A stretch of DNA of 64,000 nucleotides from Chiloscyllium plagiosum (Eukaryota), in NCBI RefSeq assembly GCF_004010195.1, contig NC_057751.1:6831934-6895933 (forward strand), read 5' to 3'. The notes under the pieces are model-generated. The model made no database searches, was not told where the DNA came from, and saw only the letters and a program-made list of their open reading frames with translations. Below are positions 38,915 through 52,045 of this stretch, piece by piece; the first letter of the stretch is position 1; every line of letters begins with the position of its first letter. Both the position numbers and the translations under genes were made by a program.

Positions 38915-39240
38915 GTGGTATGGTGGCTCAGCAGTTAGCACTACTACCTCACCATGCCAGGGACCCAGGTTTGATTCCAGCCTTGGGAAACTGTGAAGTT
39001 TGCACATTCTCAGTGTCTGCATGGGTTTCCTCCAGATGTTTTGGATTTCCTCCCACAATCTAAAGATGTTTAGGTTAGGTGGATTGGCCATACTAAATTG
39101 TCCATAGTGTTCAGGGATGTGAAGGTTAGGTGCATTAATCGGCGAGATATAGGGGAAAGGGTCTGGGTGGGTTAACTCAGTCGGTGCAGATTTGTTGGGC
39201 CAGTGGAGTGTTTCCACACTTTAGGATTTCTATGATTCTA
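38915..39240 (+). mobile_element. HE1-like V-SINE
   Basis: A-box-like ggtggctcagcagttagc, B-box-like ggtttgattcc, V-domain ggttaggtggattggcca, tail ttctatgattcta. Confidence 0.88.
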
Positions 39241-39639
39241 AAAACAAATATACATGGATGGATTTTTTTTTAAAAAAAGTCATTGAGGGAAAAGCGGTCT
39301 GAAGACATGTTCCTCGGCAGGTGCACCGACTCATTATGCAAGTCAGTTCCAACCCAGAAGTTGGAACAAGAGTCAGCAGTTTCATGGTTGCAGCAACAGA
39401 ACTTGGACTTCATTTGTGTGCACAAGATACACAAGAAAAGAACATTTTCTTTGTTCAGATTACATATTTGACTTCTGAGTTACTTCCAAGAAAGGCAAAG
39501 CATGAGGTTTCACTGCCCTTTGAATAATGCACATGTTTCATCTCTTGGGTGAAACTGATATCTTTGATCAACAATGTCTTCTTCCAGCCATAAAAAAATC
39601 CCCACTCAAGTGAGTAGGTACTAATTTTTTTGCGTTCCC

Positions 39640-40500
39640 CCCTCCTGCAAATGTCTGTCACATTCTGCTCAAGTAGCTCGGGTTTAATGACCCATAATGA
39701 ATAATAATTATTGGACTCCCAAAACTCCGTTTGGCCAACTTATATTCGTTTTCTGTTTTAAAGCAAAAAGAATGATGCTTAACTGAATTAAAAACTTGGT
39801 GAAATGCACGCTCAGATTCTCATCATAAGGATTTCATTTTCTATATCTTCAATGCCACGATGATTGGCTGATCTCTGACTCAGTGCGGGGGAACTCATTA
39901 AATGTATCCCTACAGATAACGTGAGCAAAGAAGCGCTCTTGTACGATCGTGCAGATGGACTCAGAAGAAGCTGTGCCTCTGTGGGACGTGGCATCAAAAA
40001 CAATATAAAAGGCAGGAAATTGAAACAGTAAGCTGTACAAGAGCGTGGCAGCGCTAGAACAAAATGGGTTGATCTGTCAGAGATAATGTCCTGAAGCTCT
40101 AATCCCCAAAGGTGTTTAAAGCATTGTTCAATTATAAATGGGATGTTTATTGCATCATAAATTAATGCTTAACAGGCAACATTCATGTAAATTAGATTTT
40201 ACAGTCTGAAAATACGGAGAACTGCTGCTCCGAGCAAAAACAAGGAGGCGTGCAAGGCCACACTGTCCGGCTTGTTTCACTATCAGCAAATTTAATCTCT
40301 CCTTCCTTGCGGCACAAGGATTTGCGTATGAAATACACCAAATGGCGTGGAGTTTTGCAGGGCTTTGAGCGCACTCAGGTTGTTTCGATGAGAAGCCTGG
40401 AGCACGTTGTAAACTTCAGCAGACTCTTATGTGAGCCACGAAGTCCAACACCAGAGTTCGTGGACTGGCTCTGTTGTTATCAGTGTTTCGGCTCCCAGTA
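39640..40500. promoter_or_regulatory. Candidate conserved regulatory block (enhancer or promoter-like)
   Basis: No recognisable repeat; CpG-retaining; clustered TAAT/ATTA and TCATAAATTAAT homeodomain-type sites; TATAAAA at 40004-40010. Confidence 0.4.
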
Positions 40501-41058
40501 AGGAATTTTTTTTTTTTTAAAAAAGTCAGTTGGTGGGGTTGGAGAGAGGCTGCGATATCACAGTGGCACTTCATCTGCTCACAGTAGTTGGAAGGGTGCC
40601 TTCACCTAATTAGAAATGAATTGATCCACTTTCAAAACTAATAATTTGCCTATATAGTTCTGAAGGCATCCCAAGTTTCTTCATGGGAGCATTGTCAAAC
40701 ATTAAGGTCAAGTAGCCACTGTCTTTATCAGCCTAACCAGAGGGCCACCCACTCGGTTGAGGGGACAGGTTGAGAAAGACAGTTCTTCATGATAACCTCA
40801 GCTGGTGGCAAATTTTAACCCACACTGCTAGCTTCGCAAACCAACCGAGCACCAACTGATGCACCAATGAGCGACAGAAATAGGAAGTAGGGAAGGGACG
40901 TAGGTTTTTAAAAAAAAAGTCTTAGAAGGTGGAGAGGTTGAGAGGGGTGGGGAGAGAATGCTGGTATCATGCAAAATGAACCAGTGAGGGAGTAACGAAA
41001 GACAACCAGAGAGAGCAGGACGAAGATGGTGCAGAATGTCTTGACTGCTTCAGATCTC

Positions 41059-41663
41059 TTATTGGTAGAGGAATGGCTTTTATTGGTAGAGGAATTGAGT
41101 TCCGGAGTCCTGAGGTCATGATGCAGTTGTATAAGACTCTGGTGCGGCCGCATCTGGAATATTGTGTGCAGTTTTGGTCGCCATACTATAGGAAGGATGT
41201 GGAGGCACTGGAACGGGTGCAGAGGAGGTTTACCAGGATGTTGCCTGGTATGGAAGGAAGATCGTATGAGGAAAGACTGAGACACTTGGGGCTGTTTTCA
41301 TTAGAGAAAAGAAGGTTTAGGGGTGACTTGATTGAGGTGTACAAGATGATTAGGGGGTTAGATAGGGTTGACAGTGTGAACCTTTTCCCACGTATGGAGT
41401 CGGGTATTACAAGGGGGCATAGCTTTAAATTAAGGGGGGGTAGATATAGGACTGAAGTTAGGGGTAGGTTCTTCACTCAGCGAGTCGTAAGTTCATGGAA
41501 TGCCCTGCCAGTAGCAGTGGTGGACTCTCCCTCTTTATGGGCATTTAAGCGGGCATTGGATAGGTATATGGAGGATAGTGGGTTAGTATAGGTTAGGTGG
41601 GCTTGGATCGGCGCAACATCGAGGGCCAAAGGGCCTGTACTGCGCTGTATTCTTCTATGTTCT
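41059..41663 (+). mobile_element. Young 5'-truncated CR1 LINE with uninterrupted ORF2 C-terminus
   Basis: ORF 41073-41591: LYKTLVRPHLEYCVQFWSP...LERVQRRFTRMLPG...WNALP. Tail ttctatgttctat; candidate TSD ATCTC at 41054-41058 and 41664-41668. Confidence 0.95.
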
Positions 41664-41982
41664 ATCTCGTAACCCCACCTGGGGTCCCAACTCTCTGACC
41701 TAGGGAATTAAAAATAATCTGATCCTACTCCCAGCCCAATGTCCAGAAGGATGCATGGCTGCATTACTTGAGGAACTGAATTCTTAGCTCATCCTCTCCT
41801 GTGGCGGTGCTCAGGTTTCTCAGAATGACCAAAACATTTCTGCAGCAAATCAGCAATGTTACACAGACTGGACATGGCCCCACACCGGTCTCCTGTGCAT
41901 GAAGCTCTGGTGATATGCTTTTACTCATGAGCTGTTAGGCCTCAAAGTGCAACTTAAGCAAATGGATCTTGCATTGAGGCTG

Positions 41983-42377
41983 AACAGGCTGGGGCTGTTT
42001 TCCCTGGAGCGTCAGAGGCTGAGGGATGACCTTAGAGGTTTACAAAATTGAGGGGCATGGATAGGATAAATAGGCAAAGTCTTTTCCCTGGGGTCAGACA
42101 TAGGTATAGGGTGAGAGGGGAAAGATGAGAGACCTAAGGGGCAACTTTTTCATGCAGAGGGTGGTATGTGTATGGAATGAGCTGCCAGAGGATGTGGTGG
42201 AGGCTGGTACGATTGCAACATTTAAGAGGCATTTGGATGGGCATATGAATAGGAAGGGTTTGGAGGGATATGGGCCGGGTGCTGGCAGGTGGGACTAGAT
42301 TGGGTTGGGATATCTGGTTGGCATGGATGGGTTGGACCGAAGGGTCTGTTTCCATGCTGTACATCTCTATGACTCTC
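41983..42377 (+). mobile_element. CR1 LINE 3' fragment, second subfamily
   Basis: aggctggggctgttttccctggagcgtcagaggctgagg...tggaatgagctgccagagg...ggaccgaagggtctgtttccatgctgtacatctctatgactct. Confidence 0.92.
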
Positions 42378-43499
42378 ATTACATTGAGTCAACAGCACAG
42401 GTTGATGTTTACACTGGATTTGTGTTGCTTGTAGAATAATCAAAAAAGGTGAGCAACAGTAATGTTAGTTACTCAATGTAATGCACAAGAATAATGAGCA
42501 CTGAGTGAACATTTGGTGAAAACCATTTAGAATTTCATTATTGCAGTTCCCTAGGACAGTATTCATTGTCTCCATTTCACTTTTGCCTCTAATAATTCAT
42601 TGTCATTTCTGCATTAATGAATCTCGATAGTTACCTCCCGTCATAATTTCCGTTCACATAGACCAAATGTGTTTGTAGTCCAGGGGAAGTCAACAATCAT
42701 CTAATACCTTGTATCTAAGTGTATTTAAAAACAAATGTGGGAACGACATTCAGCTTGTATGAACAAACTAAGTCCATCAAACACAAATAGTACAGAAATG
42801 CTTTGCCGAAGGGAATCAGTTCTGAAATTAATTGAGAATACTTTCCAAAAGCTTGTGATATTAAATTTGGTTCTCAATGAATAAACTCAGCAGGAAGAGC
42901 ATTCTGAACTTCAGTCGGGAGCAGAGTGGATCTTCATTAGCCAGATGAAGGAGACAATGATTAAAAACACTTATTCCTGTTCACATTGAACTGTAGTTAA
43001 TTGCAACAGAAGCTCCTATTATTTTGCAACATTACCTTGTTCATGTGAAATAAACCTGTTACTAAGCACAAGTCTTGGTATTATCCAAAATAATAATGAA
43101 TGCATGCTTGCAATTTATGTTGCGAAAGATGATCAGTTGCCTGCTTTGTACAATTAAAATTTAGTTCTTGTTCCTTTTAAATGGGGGATAAACATCTGAG
43201 TGCAAGTGTTGCGCAGCACAGCTTCAAAAGCTATTATGAAGAAACTCTGCCATTTCTTGAGTAGAAGTACTTCATTGATGAAGCACTTTGGGGAACATGG
43301 ACAGAGTACAGTATCACTGAGTATTGTTGACATGCTGACAAGGAAGACTACTGCAGTTCATTATCCACAAAGAAAAACAAACTGTTTCTCAGCACACATC
43401 ATCAGGCTGAATGGTAATTACAATGTCTCAATTTATGTGCTGTAGAAATTTGTCAAGTACAACGAAGACAATTTTCAGTCTTGAACATCGTTGCAGTAT

Positions 43500-44530
43500 A
43501 CATCCAAGGATTAGGACATCTGGCCCTTTGAGCTTGCCACACCATTCAACAAAGATTATGACTCAGCTGCCTCCAGCATCTGAGGAACAGAGAGAGCTAC
43601 CAAGACTCCAACTCCCCAATTTCTCATCTAGCTTAACTCAATTACCCTCGATTTTTGAACTGTGTCCCCTGGTTCTCAATTCTCCCACAGGAGGAAACAT
43701 CCTATTGATATGCACCCTGTCAAAATTGTCCATGTTTTAAAAGACCTCAATCTTCTAAACTCCAGTGGACACAAGCCCAACTTTAAAATCTTTCCTCAAA
43801 GGCAAGTACCATTTCAAGTCTAACTGCTTCCAGTTTCAGTTTAGCCATGAATGATGATTCCACCCTTGCAATTTCTCTTGGGAATCTGCCTGCTCTGTGT
43901 TCTGAAATATCCCCTTCAAATATCTGCCACAACATCTCTTGACCTATCCTGTGCCTTAATTTGACAATTCACTTCAGCTAGCTCTCCATCCACACTCTTA
44001 TAAATGGCCCTCATTTAAATTTAACACACTAGGCTTGGGCCCACTTCACACAGAAGCTAAAGTTTGATCATGTTAATGATTACTGCTACCTCACAACACT
44101 TTCACGAGTTGATCCAATGTTGTTGCACAATACCAGGCCTAACCCTAGCCTGCTCACTGGATGGCTCCAAATTATCCTGTTCTTGTAACAGACTGTCTTG
44201 AAAATATTCCCAGACTCCTCATCTTGGCTATCTTTCCCCATTTGAATTTTTCAGTCCATGTTGAGTGTATGTCTCATGCTGTCTGTTTCTGACAAACTCA
44301 ATTAATTTCTTGATTTATACTCCAGCCTAACAGGGGGCCTCTACACCATTCCCAGAAGTAACTTTTTGCCGTAGGTCATTTCTCACATCTTCCAAAACCA
44401 GTTAAACACCCTAGTTTTTGTCAACTTGAGTCATCCCTTTCTGTTGCACTCATGATGTAATTTATTAGCAAAGCCATTTCTCCAGCTTTCCATTCTGGTC
44501 TTTCCTACATGACCTGTATCCTTAAATTTT
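43500..44530 (-). mobile_element. Old CR1 LINE fragments (3' end and endonuclease region)
   Basis: tgtcccctggttct..ggaaacatcct..accctgtcaa; aatccttaatcttctaaactcc-like segment; aggcctaacc..gcctgctcactggatggctc. Confidence 0.6.
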
Positions 44531-47164
44531 TTGGTTCCAATCAAAGCGATTGAGCCAGATTTTTTTTTTGTAATTCCTATCAGATAGTGCTTTTGATTTC
44601 TTCGTGCAGTTGTTTCAAGTTTTACTTCAGATGTGAATAGCTTTAGTTCCAGGCATTACGGGATGATCTCGGTGTTTTACAAAATGACGTCCAAGATTTC
44701 TGCCTTCTTTGCCCTCCCTGTAAGGCTTCTTCCACACAATGGTATGCTCAGAATGACCATCGCCGTGGCTTGGGCTGGGGTATTCGTGTGCTGCTATAAT
44801 TCGGCACCATCACAGAAGTAGGGAGGTGGTGAGCAGAGGAAAAGACTAAGTCGAAGGATACAACACACCATTTGACGGAAAGACTCATAACAGTTTAAGA
44901 TTTGTCTTGCTTATCCCTCATTTCTCCTCTTTGACAAACATGCCTTCTTCATATTGGGAAAGGTTATGTTGCAGGCCTCTGACTGCTCCATTGCTGCCTG
45001 ATGTTATAAGTCTATTTCTCATTTAATATCAGTTAGTGCGCTTTGGTGAGTAATTTTGATCATGACAAAGTGTGGTGCTGGAAAAGCACAGCCGATCAGG
45101 CAGCATCCAAGGAGCAGGAATGCTTTGGGCAGAAGCATTTCTGATGAAATGGCTGTGGAGGCCAGGTCATTGAGTATGTTTGAGACTGAGATACACTGAT
45201 CCCTTGATACTCAAGAACCTAAGGTTACAGGAAGAAAGTAGGAGAATTGGATGAGAAACTCAGCCATGATTGAATGGCAGAGCAGACTCAATTGGCTGAA
45301 TGGCCTAATTTCTGCTCTTATGATTTTAGGTAAAGTTAAGAGATGAATTGCCAAAACCTCTGAACTGATCCACCCCCCCCCCCCCCCAGCTGATGGCAGC
45401 AATGTTGCCTGGAAGGTCTGGGCTGCCAAGAGGAGCACACTCTCCTGTCCATCCATTACCTACATGGGGTTTTCAACAATGCAGAGAACCTCAGTGGGAC
45501 CCCTCTAACAGCCTGTCGTGACTTTGAAACTGTTGACAATGTCCGTACCATCTGCAACCAGAGTGTGCTTTTCCTTCAATATGTAATCTGCGCTAGCTGG
45601 TCCTCAGAAGTGAGAATTCCAGTTTCCTACCAATAAGTAACATGACTAACATTGGCTGTCCATAAAATGCAAAATCACGTTAACCCAGCACCAGCTACAT
45701 GTGGTCTCTGCCCTGAGTTGAGGTGAGCGCAACACATCCAATATGGGCAGTGTTCCAGGTCAGCATTCCTCTGGCCTGACACAATGGCAAGCCAGTTTGG
45801 CCTGTCCCATCTTAACATGCTGAACAACTTGCCACTGCCAGAATGGACTAGCCTCCCTGGTAATAGTGCCACATTGGCATAGCCATCATATACCTGAACA
45901 AGTATAGTCACTCCAGAACTCTCCTGCACGATTCTTGACATTTGTCCCTGGAAAAGGCAGTGAAGGGAAGTTCTGTCTAATAAGGAGCTCCAGGATAAAG
46001 ACCTTAAATTCAATTCAGTAATAATGAACAAAATGACAACTGATTATTGCCAAAAATAAATAAAAACACCATTGCTTAATGCATTCTGCAAAAGCTATCC
46101 AACAATTCAGTGAGGCGAGCAAAACAAAAAGGAGGAAAGCTATGAGCATGCAGTTAGGCGGAGATTCAGAATACTGTGGCAGCAAGCCAATAGGCTTGAG
46201 ATGCAATGCAGTTGAGTCCATTAACTGGGGACATGTTCATGAGTGCAGAGCATGTCTGTTGCAGCAGCAAAATAACAGTTGCTGATGCAGCCTGAGCAGC
46301 AGCATTCAAGTGTTGAAGCATGTTTTCAATGGACCAGACAAGTGTCAGAGCGTTCTTAGAGGATGGCACTTGGGATGCCCATGTCTGTGGATTGTATGTG
46401 ATCCATGCCCATGGACTGTGACCAGAAATGAGTCCAACATGGGAGGTCCTTAAGACCATGCACAAACTGAGGTCCCAGGATCCCTGCCAATTGCCCACTT
46501 TACTTCCAGGATGACAGAGCTTGTTTGGCGTGTTTGCTAAGACTGGAAGTTGATATCAATGCCACAACTTGCTTCATGACTTAACATGTTCAGCAAGCTG
46601 CAATCCTTCTGAATAGGCAACCTGCTGCTGCCTCGTGAAAAACTCTCCTTGCCACACAGAGTGGAGGGTTGCAGCAAGTTGTTCCTGATATTGCTGAAGG
46701 AACCCCCCAAACCACGAAAGATGAGCGGAGCACATGCATGGGGACACCTGCCAGTTGCCTACAAGCCGCATCCCCCATCCTGGACTTCAAAATATGCCCT
46801 GTTCCTTGACTGTCGCTGGGTCAAATTTGTCGAATTCCTGAACACCAGCATGGTTGCGCATCTGCGGCAAATGGATGCCAGCAATTCCAAAAACACATCA
46901 CCACATTCTCAATAGCAATTTGAAAGATTGAACAAAAATGAAAGATCTGACTTCACCAGTGATGTCCCCATTCCAAGAATGAGTTAAAGTTCCTCTATTT
47001 TCTTGGTCACCGCCAAGTTTGTCTTCATTTTTTTTTAGAAAAAGTATTAACCAGCATTTGTGGTAATTGTGTAATACAGAACAACCTCAACAAAGCAAAA
47101 TTAAATTTACTTCTTTTCACAGCCATTCCTGGAGAAGCTAGGGCAAATCACATTGAGTAAATGA

Positions 47165-47310
47165 CCCATTCACAGGCTGAGGGCATCGCTGGCAAAGGCA
47201 GCATTTATTGCCAATCCTATTGCCCAGGGATAGAGGCAAGTTAAAAGTCAACCTCATTGCTGTGGGTCTGGAATCACAGCTCGACCAGACGAGATAAGGG
47301 TGGGTGACCT
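47165..47310 (-). mobile_element. SINE fragment, family of 28770
   Basis: gggcatcgctggc..cagcatttattgcca...gttaaaagtcaacc.cattgctgtgggtctggaatcaca. Confidence 0.7.
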
Positions 47311-47714
47311 CCACCCCCAGCATTTCCTTGCATTTCATGAAGTCGGAGTCTATTAGTTTACTTGGACGTGATTACTACTGGCTCTGACATGTTCCCCTTT
47401 TTTTCCCCATGTGTAGTTATTATGAAGACTCTCTAATTTAACCTGTCAATCACTATCAGTGCCAGGCCAGCAACATTACAAAATCCACCTGCCCACCTAC
47501 AAACCAGAAACAGTGGGTAACATTGTGCCACCCTCACCTATTCATGAAGATCACCCCTATCCCAGCTTCTGGTTCCTTCCAAGTGCCTTGGGTCCCCAAA
47601 GCTTGGGCACAGGACATTCATCCTCATTTGACCATTCTCTGAATGGCGATGGCTTAATTTCAACCAAAGCAAAGCAGTCATTGATGAAAACACCCTGCAC
47701 TGCCTTCAATGTGC

Positions 47715-48310
47715 TAGCATTTGTGTTCAGCCACCTGAGGAAAACAAAGAGTTCAAGGACATCAGATGCAACATCAGTAACTCTGTATAAAGAGTTGTGG
47801 TGGTTCCCATCCTCCTAAATGGCTCTGAGACATGTTCTGTGTGCAGACATCTCAAGGTGCTGGAGCAGGACCACCAAACTCCCCTGTGCAAGATCCTGTG
47901 AGTCCTCTGCATCAAGGGCACTGACCACCCTTGATTGGTGATGGTGGGCTTGGTGTATTGTCTCCATATCTGACAAGACTCCCCATTGCACCCTCCACTC
48001 CCAGCTTTAAAACAGCACTTCAGTGATACCCTCAAGGCTTCAGCAGTATTCCCACCAACACCTGGGAATCACTGGCCCAAGACTGTCCAAAAAGTGGAGC
48101 TGGATGATCCGGGAAGGTGTCGTGCACTGATATCACTGTGGGGAAAATGCAGAAGCCAGTCGAAAACAGCTGCCTTACCAACGCCCAATCCACCCCTTCC
48201 ACCCCCCAAGGCTGGAAGAGTGTGCAGAATCAACATCGAGCTGTACAGCCACCTACAGATGTGCCCGAGTGGAAGAGAGTCATCCTCTGGGATGGACCGC
48301 CAATGAATAG
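47715..48310 (+). mobile_element. RTE-clade LINE 3' fragment
   Basis: LL(N)GSET(C) from ctcctaaatggctctgagacatg; cacttcagtgataccctcaaggc (F.D.LK.); C-terminal zinc-knuckle-like GRVCRINIELYSHLQ. Confidence 0.7.
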
Positions 48311-50364
48311 AAGTTTCATTTATTCAATGGTATCCTGCAGCATTGCTCAGCAAACAGATGCACTTTAACAAGGTTCAACAACTACTGGTTATAGCAAAGC
48401 ACACCTTCAACTCTGTGACATGATATGCTGCAAACGAGACTGGGCAATGGATGCTGCTTTCCACTTCCTGGCAGTTTCCTTAATCAGCATATTCCAATCA
48501 TCACTTGATACATTGAAGCATGTCACAGCTTAAGAAAGTGATATCTTATTCACCACTAAATTCATACCACACGTCAAACTGTAATTGGTCTCAACAGGAA
48601 CTAGGGAAAGTAAAAAAAAAACCTGGCCTTGCCCAAACTGGGCATTGATACAATAAGAACTGCTCCTCCAACTCTCAAATCAGTGGATGATCTCGCACTA
48701 ATGGACTTGTAATTCCTTTTGCCTCGCCTAAACCCATATCAATATTTCACAGGCACTGACAGAAAATATGCCAAAAATGAATGATTTTTTTTTCTTGCAA
48801 CCTAAGAAAGCTCTGAGCACAGCATGATATGGAAAGAGTCAAGCATCAAGCATGGAGCCTCAGCTAAGCCACCAGAATCAATATCTGCCACAGGGAAATC
48901 AATAGCAAAAGAAAACAAACAATGGAATGATATATACATGTTCTCTTTCTGTATTTGGTGGATACATCACTTTTCACTTCAAAAGGACATCATTTGCTGT
49001 CTGCTGTTCTTTTTCCAGTTATTGAATCTAATTTGCTAATGCCTTGCAGTTAGTTTCATTGGTCTTCTGACAGCCAAGAACAAGTCTTCAAATGGAAAGA
49101 GGAAATTGTGTTGTCCAGCTGTGCTGCTTACATATTAAATTGAGAAAATGTGTCGTTATGTCTTTGAATACACACCCCTTTCATGGTCCAGGAATGAACT
49201 AGGAAGTCTCTTAAAACTAATGTTAAACTCCTAGGAATACAAAGTGTTAACTTTGGCAGAGAACCTGATGGACTTGTTTGGGCAATGTTTACAAGACAGA
49301 AGGAAACTTATGGTTTTATTAGATTGAATAAGGACATGACACATTCTGACCAGAGTTAGATAACTTCATCCATTTTGGAGACTTTAAAGGCAAAAAAATA
49401 GTAGTATTAGAAATATGATGCCCAGTCTTTCTGGGCTGAGGGAAGCAATCTGAAAAGGTCACGTTGTTCTCATCTCTCCATTTTCAGCACAAGGTAGCAG
49501 TTGCTTGCGAGAAGTAACATGGAAATGTTTCCAGCAAAAGCAGCTGAGGTGATGTATGCTGAGTGAGTTACAAATTAGACCATTTGGTTTAGAGTGACTC
49601 ACATTGGAGTCACAGTAATTCTGGTTTGCTCCAGTTGCCAAAGCTGCTGAGTTCATCTGGCATTTTGATTTTGCTTCACTAGCCCTTTTGATTATTTTCT
49701 GCCTTTGTTGGTGACATTTTAATCATGTGCTTGTAGACACCCCAGCAGTGATTCTTCTCACATTCTTCCAAAAAATATACACAAATTAAGCTTGCATTTT
49801 GCAATACAAAAGTGCAAGTTTCCATGTGACAAAGCTTAAATTAATTCTATTTTCCTCAAATTAAAGCTATTAGAAATTCCAAGTTCCCAGAAATGGAAAG
49901 CTTGACACTTTATGTTGACTGGTTTTTAAAATTGGCCTGTTTTAAGTGATGATTATTATGAACTTTACAAAGGCCAACTTCTTTTCTTGAAATTACAGCC
50001 TTGATTCTTGAAAAGCAGCAGGTACCCTGTTCAAAAAGATGCCCTGTGGATAAAGTTGGAGAAGGGGAAAGCCTGGAGATTCAGATTTTTACTTAGATTG
50101 CACCTGTCATTACTGGTTTTCTTCATTAACAATTATGGCATTATATAACAATGGTTGTCAAATCCTTTGAGTTTGAGGCAAGTTATGATATAGAAGGCAA
50201 ACAAGTTGCCAGTGGTGATTCAAAACGCTAGTGACCATCAAGCTACTTTCACCTGAATCATGACAAACTTCTTCTCTCCACCTGGAATGCACAGTTCAGA
50301 CAACTTTTTTCATTACATTTTTGTACTGTAACAATTATTGTACCTATACAATAATTCAATTACT

Positions 50365-50580
50365 ATCTGGAATTAGGAGTCTAATTGTGACTATGAAATC
50401 ATCGATTGTTGGGGGAAGAAACCCTATCTGGTTCACCAATGTGTTTTACAGAAGCAAGCTGCAATCCTTAACTGCTCTGGCTTACACATCATTCCAGATC
50501 CACAGCTATGTGGCTGATTCTGAACTGCCAGGTGGGCAATAAATGCTGGTCTGACCAGTGATACTCTTCAGGAAAAATAA
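50365..50580 (+). mobile_element. SINE, family of 28770
   Basis: atctggaattaggagtctaat...tctggttcacc...ccagatccacagc.atgtgg...gggcaataaatgctgg. Confidence 0.75.
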
Positions 50581-51879
50581 ATTCCATCTTTTCAGAAAAC
50601 CAAGTTCTCTTTGAAAGACTACTGGAACTAAGTTGGATATTGCAGGAGCACCTTTAATGACCTGACTTGCCAGGTAGACAGGGTCAGATTTGTCCCTCAT
50701 ATTGTTTGGATTGACTGACTTAATGACAGATTCTTTAAAGCCATGAATCAGACTCCAAGTGGAATAAAAGCAAAAGATTGCTGTCTCTCTCTCCCAAGGA
50801 CCTCATTAGTGCTGAAATGAGATTATTTTACAGAAACCTTTACAAGTGATTACTTATCAGCTTGATGGATGAGAGTTAGTTCCTGCAGAGGCATATAAAA
50901 ACTGATTGTGGTCAACCTGAGTTGTTTAAAATTGCATTCCTCAGTGACTACATATGTAGCTTTTACCTGTCATGTTCAAGTATCCGGGAATGTAACCAAG
51001 TCCAGACTCCTGTCAATGTTATCAAACACCACAAAAGGTTTTAACTTGACAAAGACTTGAACTCGCACCTCAAGTAAAAGCCACCAACAACTTTAACAAG
51101 GAAAGTTAAAACCATAATGCTTGCCAAACACAAGGCATGTATACCAGAGTTGTAGGCCAAAAGTTCTGTTTCAGCTCTTAGTTTGTACAGTTAGCTCTCA
51201 GACAAAGCTAGTTCCTCCAAATGATAAGATCATCTTGTTCATGTGCAATCAGTTTCAGTCATTTACTTGTAACAAAATCCATGTTCTTTTAATTATTGCA
51301 CCACGTTTGTACTCAATAAAAAGCCGACATATATCGCAACTGCAACTGTGCAGCCAGCAATAACTGTGCTATGTGATTTGTGGCTTGAAACCTCTGGCTA
51401 CTAAAGGTCACTGAGTGGGTGCCAGGGCATCCTCCTAGGCCTTGACTACTGGAGGCAATGGAAGCAAATTCGAGAGGAGTCACTCACCCGAGTATGTCCC
51501 ATTGGGGCAGCTGAAATACTTCTCTCCATTTCTGTGTACAATGGCACCTTCTGGTCTCTGAGGAGAAGGGACACAGATGTACAAGTGTCCCATTTCCTCT
51601 TTCCACTGTTGTGTGGATCCTTTAGCTAGAGTGGCGAAGTGAAGTCAAAGCATATGTACGTCTTCTGATAGAATGCCATTACACCTTTCCAGGGCGAAAG
51701 CCACTGCATACACCTGAGACGTGGTAGAATTCATGGCTTGCATAGTTGTGAGATCTGTTGAACTCAAGAGGACAGTTGCCCATTAGGCTCTTGAGTCGTA
51801 GGAAGGTGAGAGCAAGAGCGCCAAAGGCAGTAAAATGTAAAAAGAAATGCAAAAACAAGAGGAGTGGAAGGCCAAGGTC

Positions 51880-52045
51880 GGATGACCTTCATGGAAGGAA
51901 ATTGCCATCCTTGTCTGGTCTGAACTACACATGACTCCAGAGCCACAGCGATATTGTTGTCTCAACTCCCCTCTGGGCAATTAGGGATAGGCAATAAATG
52001 CTGCCTTTGCCAGCAACATCCTCATCCTATGAATGAAACAAAAGA
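51880..52045 (+). mobile_element. SINE 3' part, family of 28770
   Basis: ggaaggaaattgccatcctt.tctggtctg...gggcaattagggataggcaataaatgctg. Confidence 0.75.
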
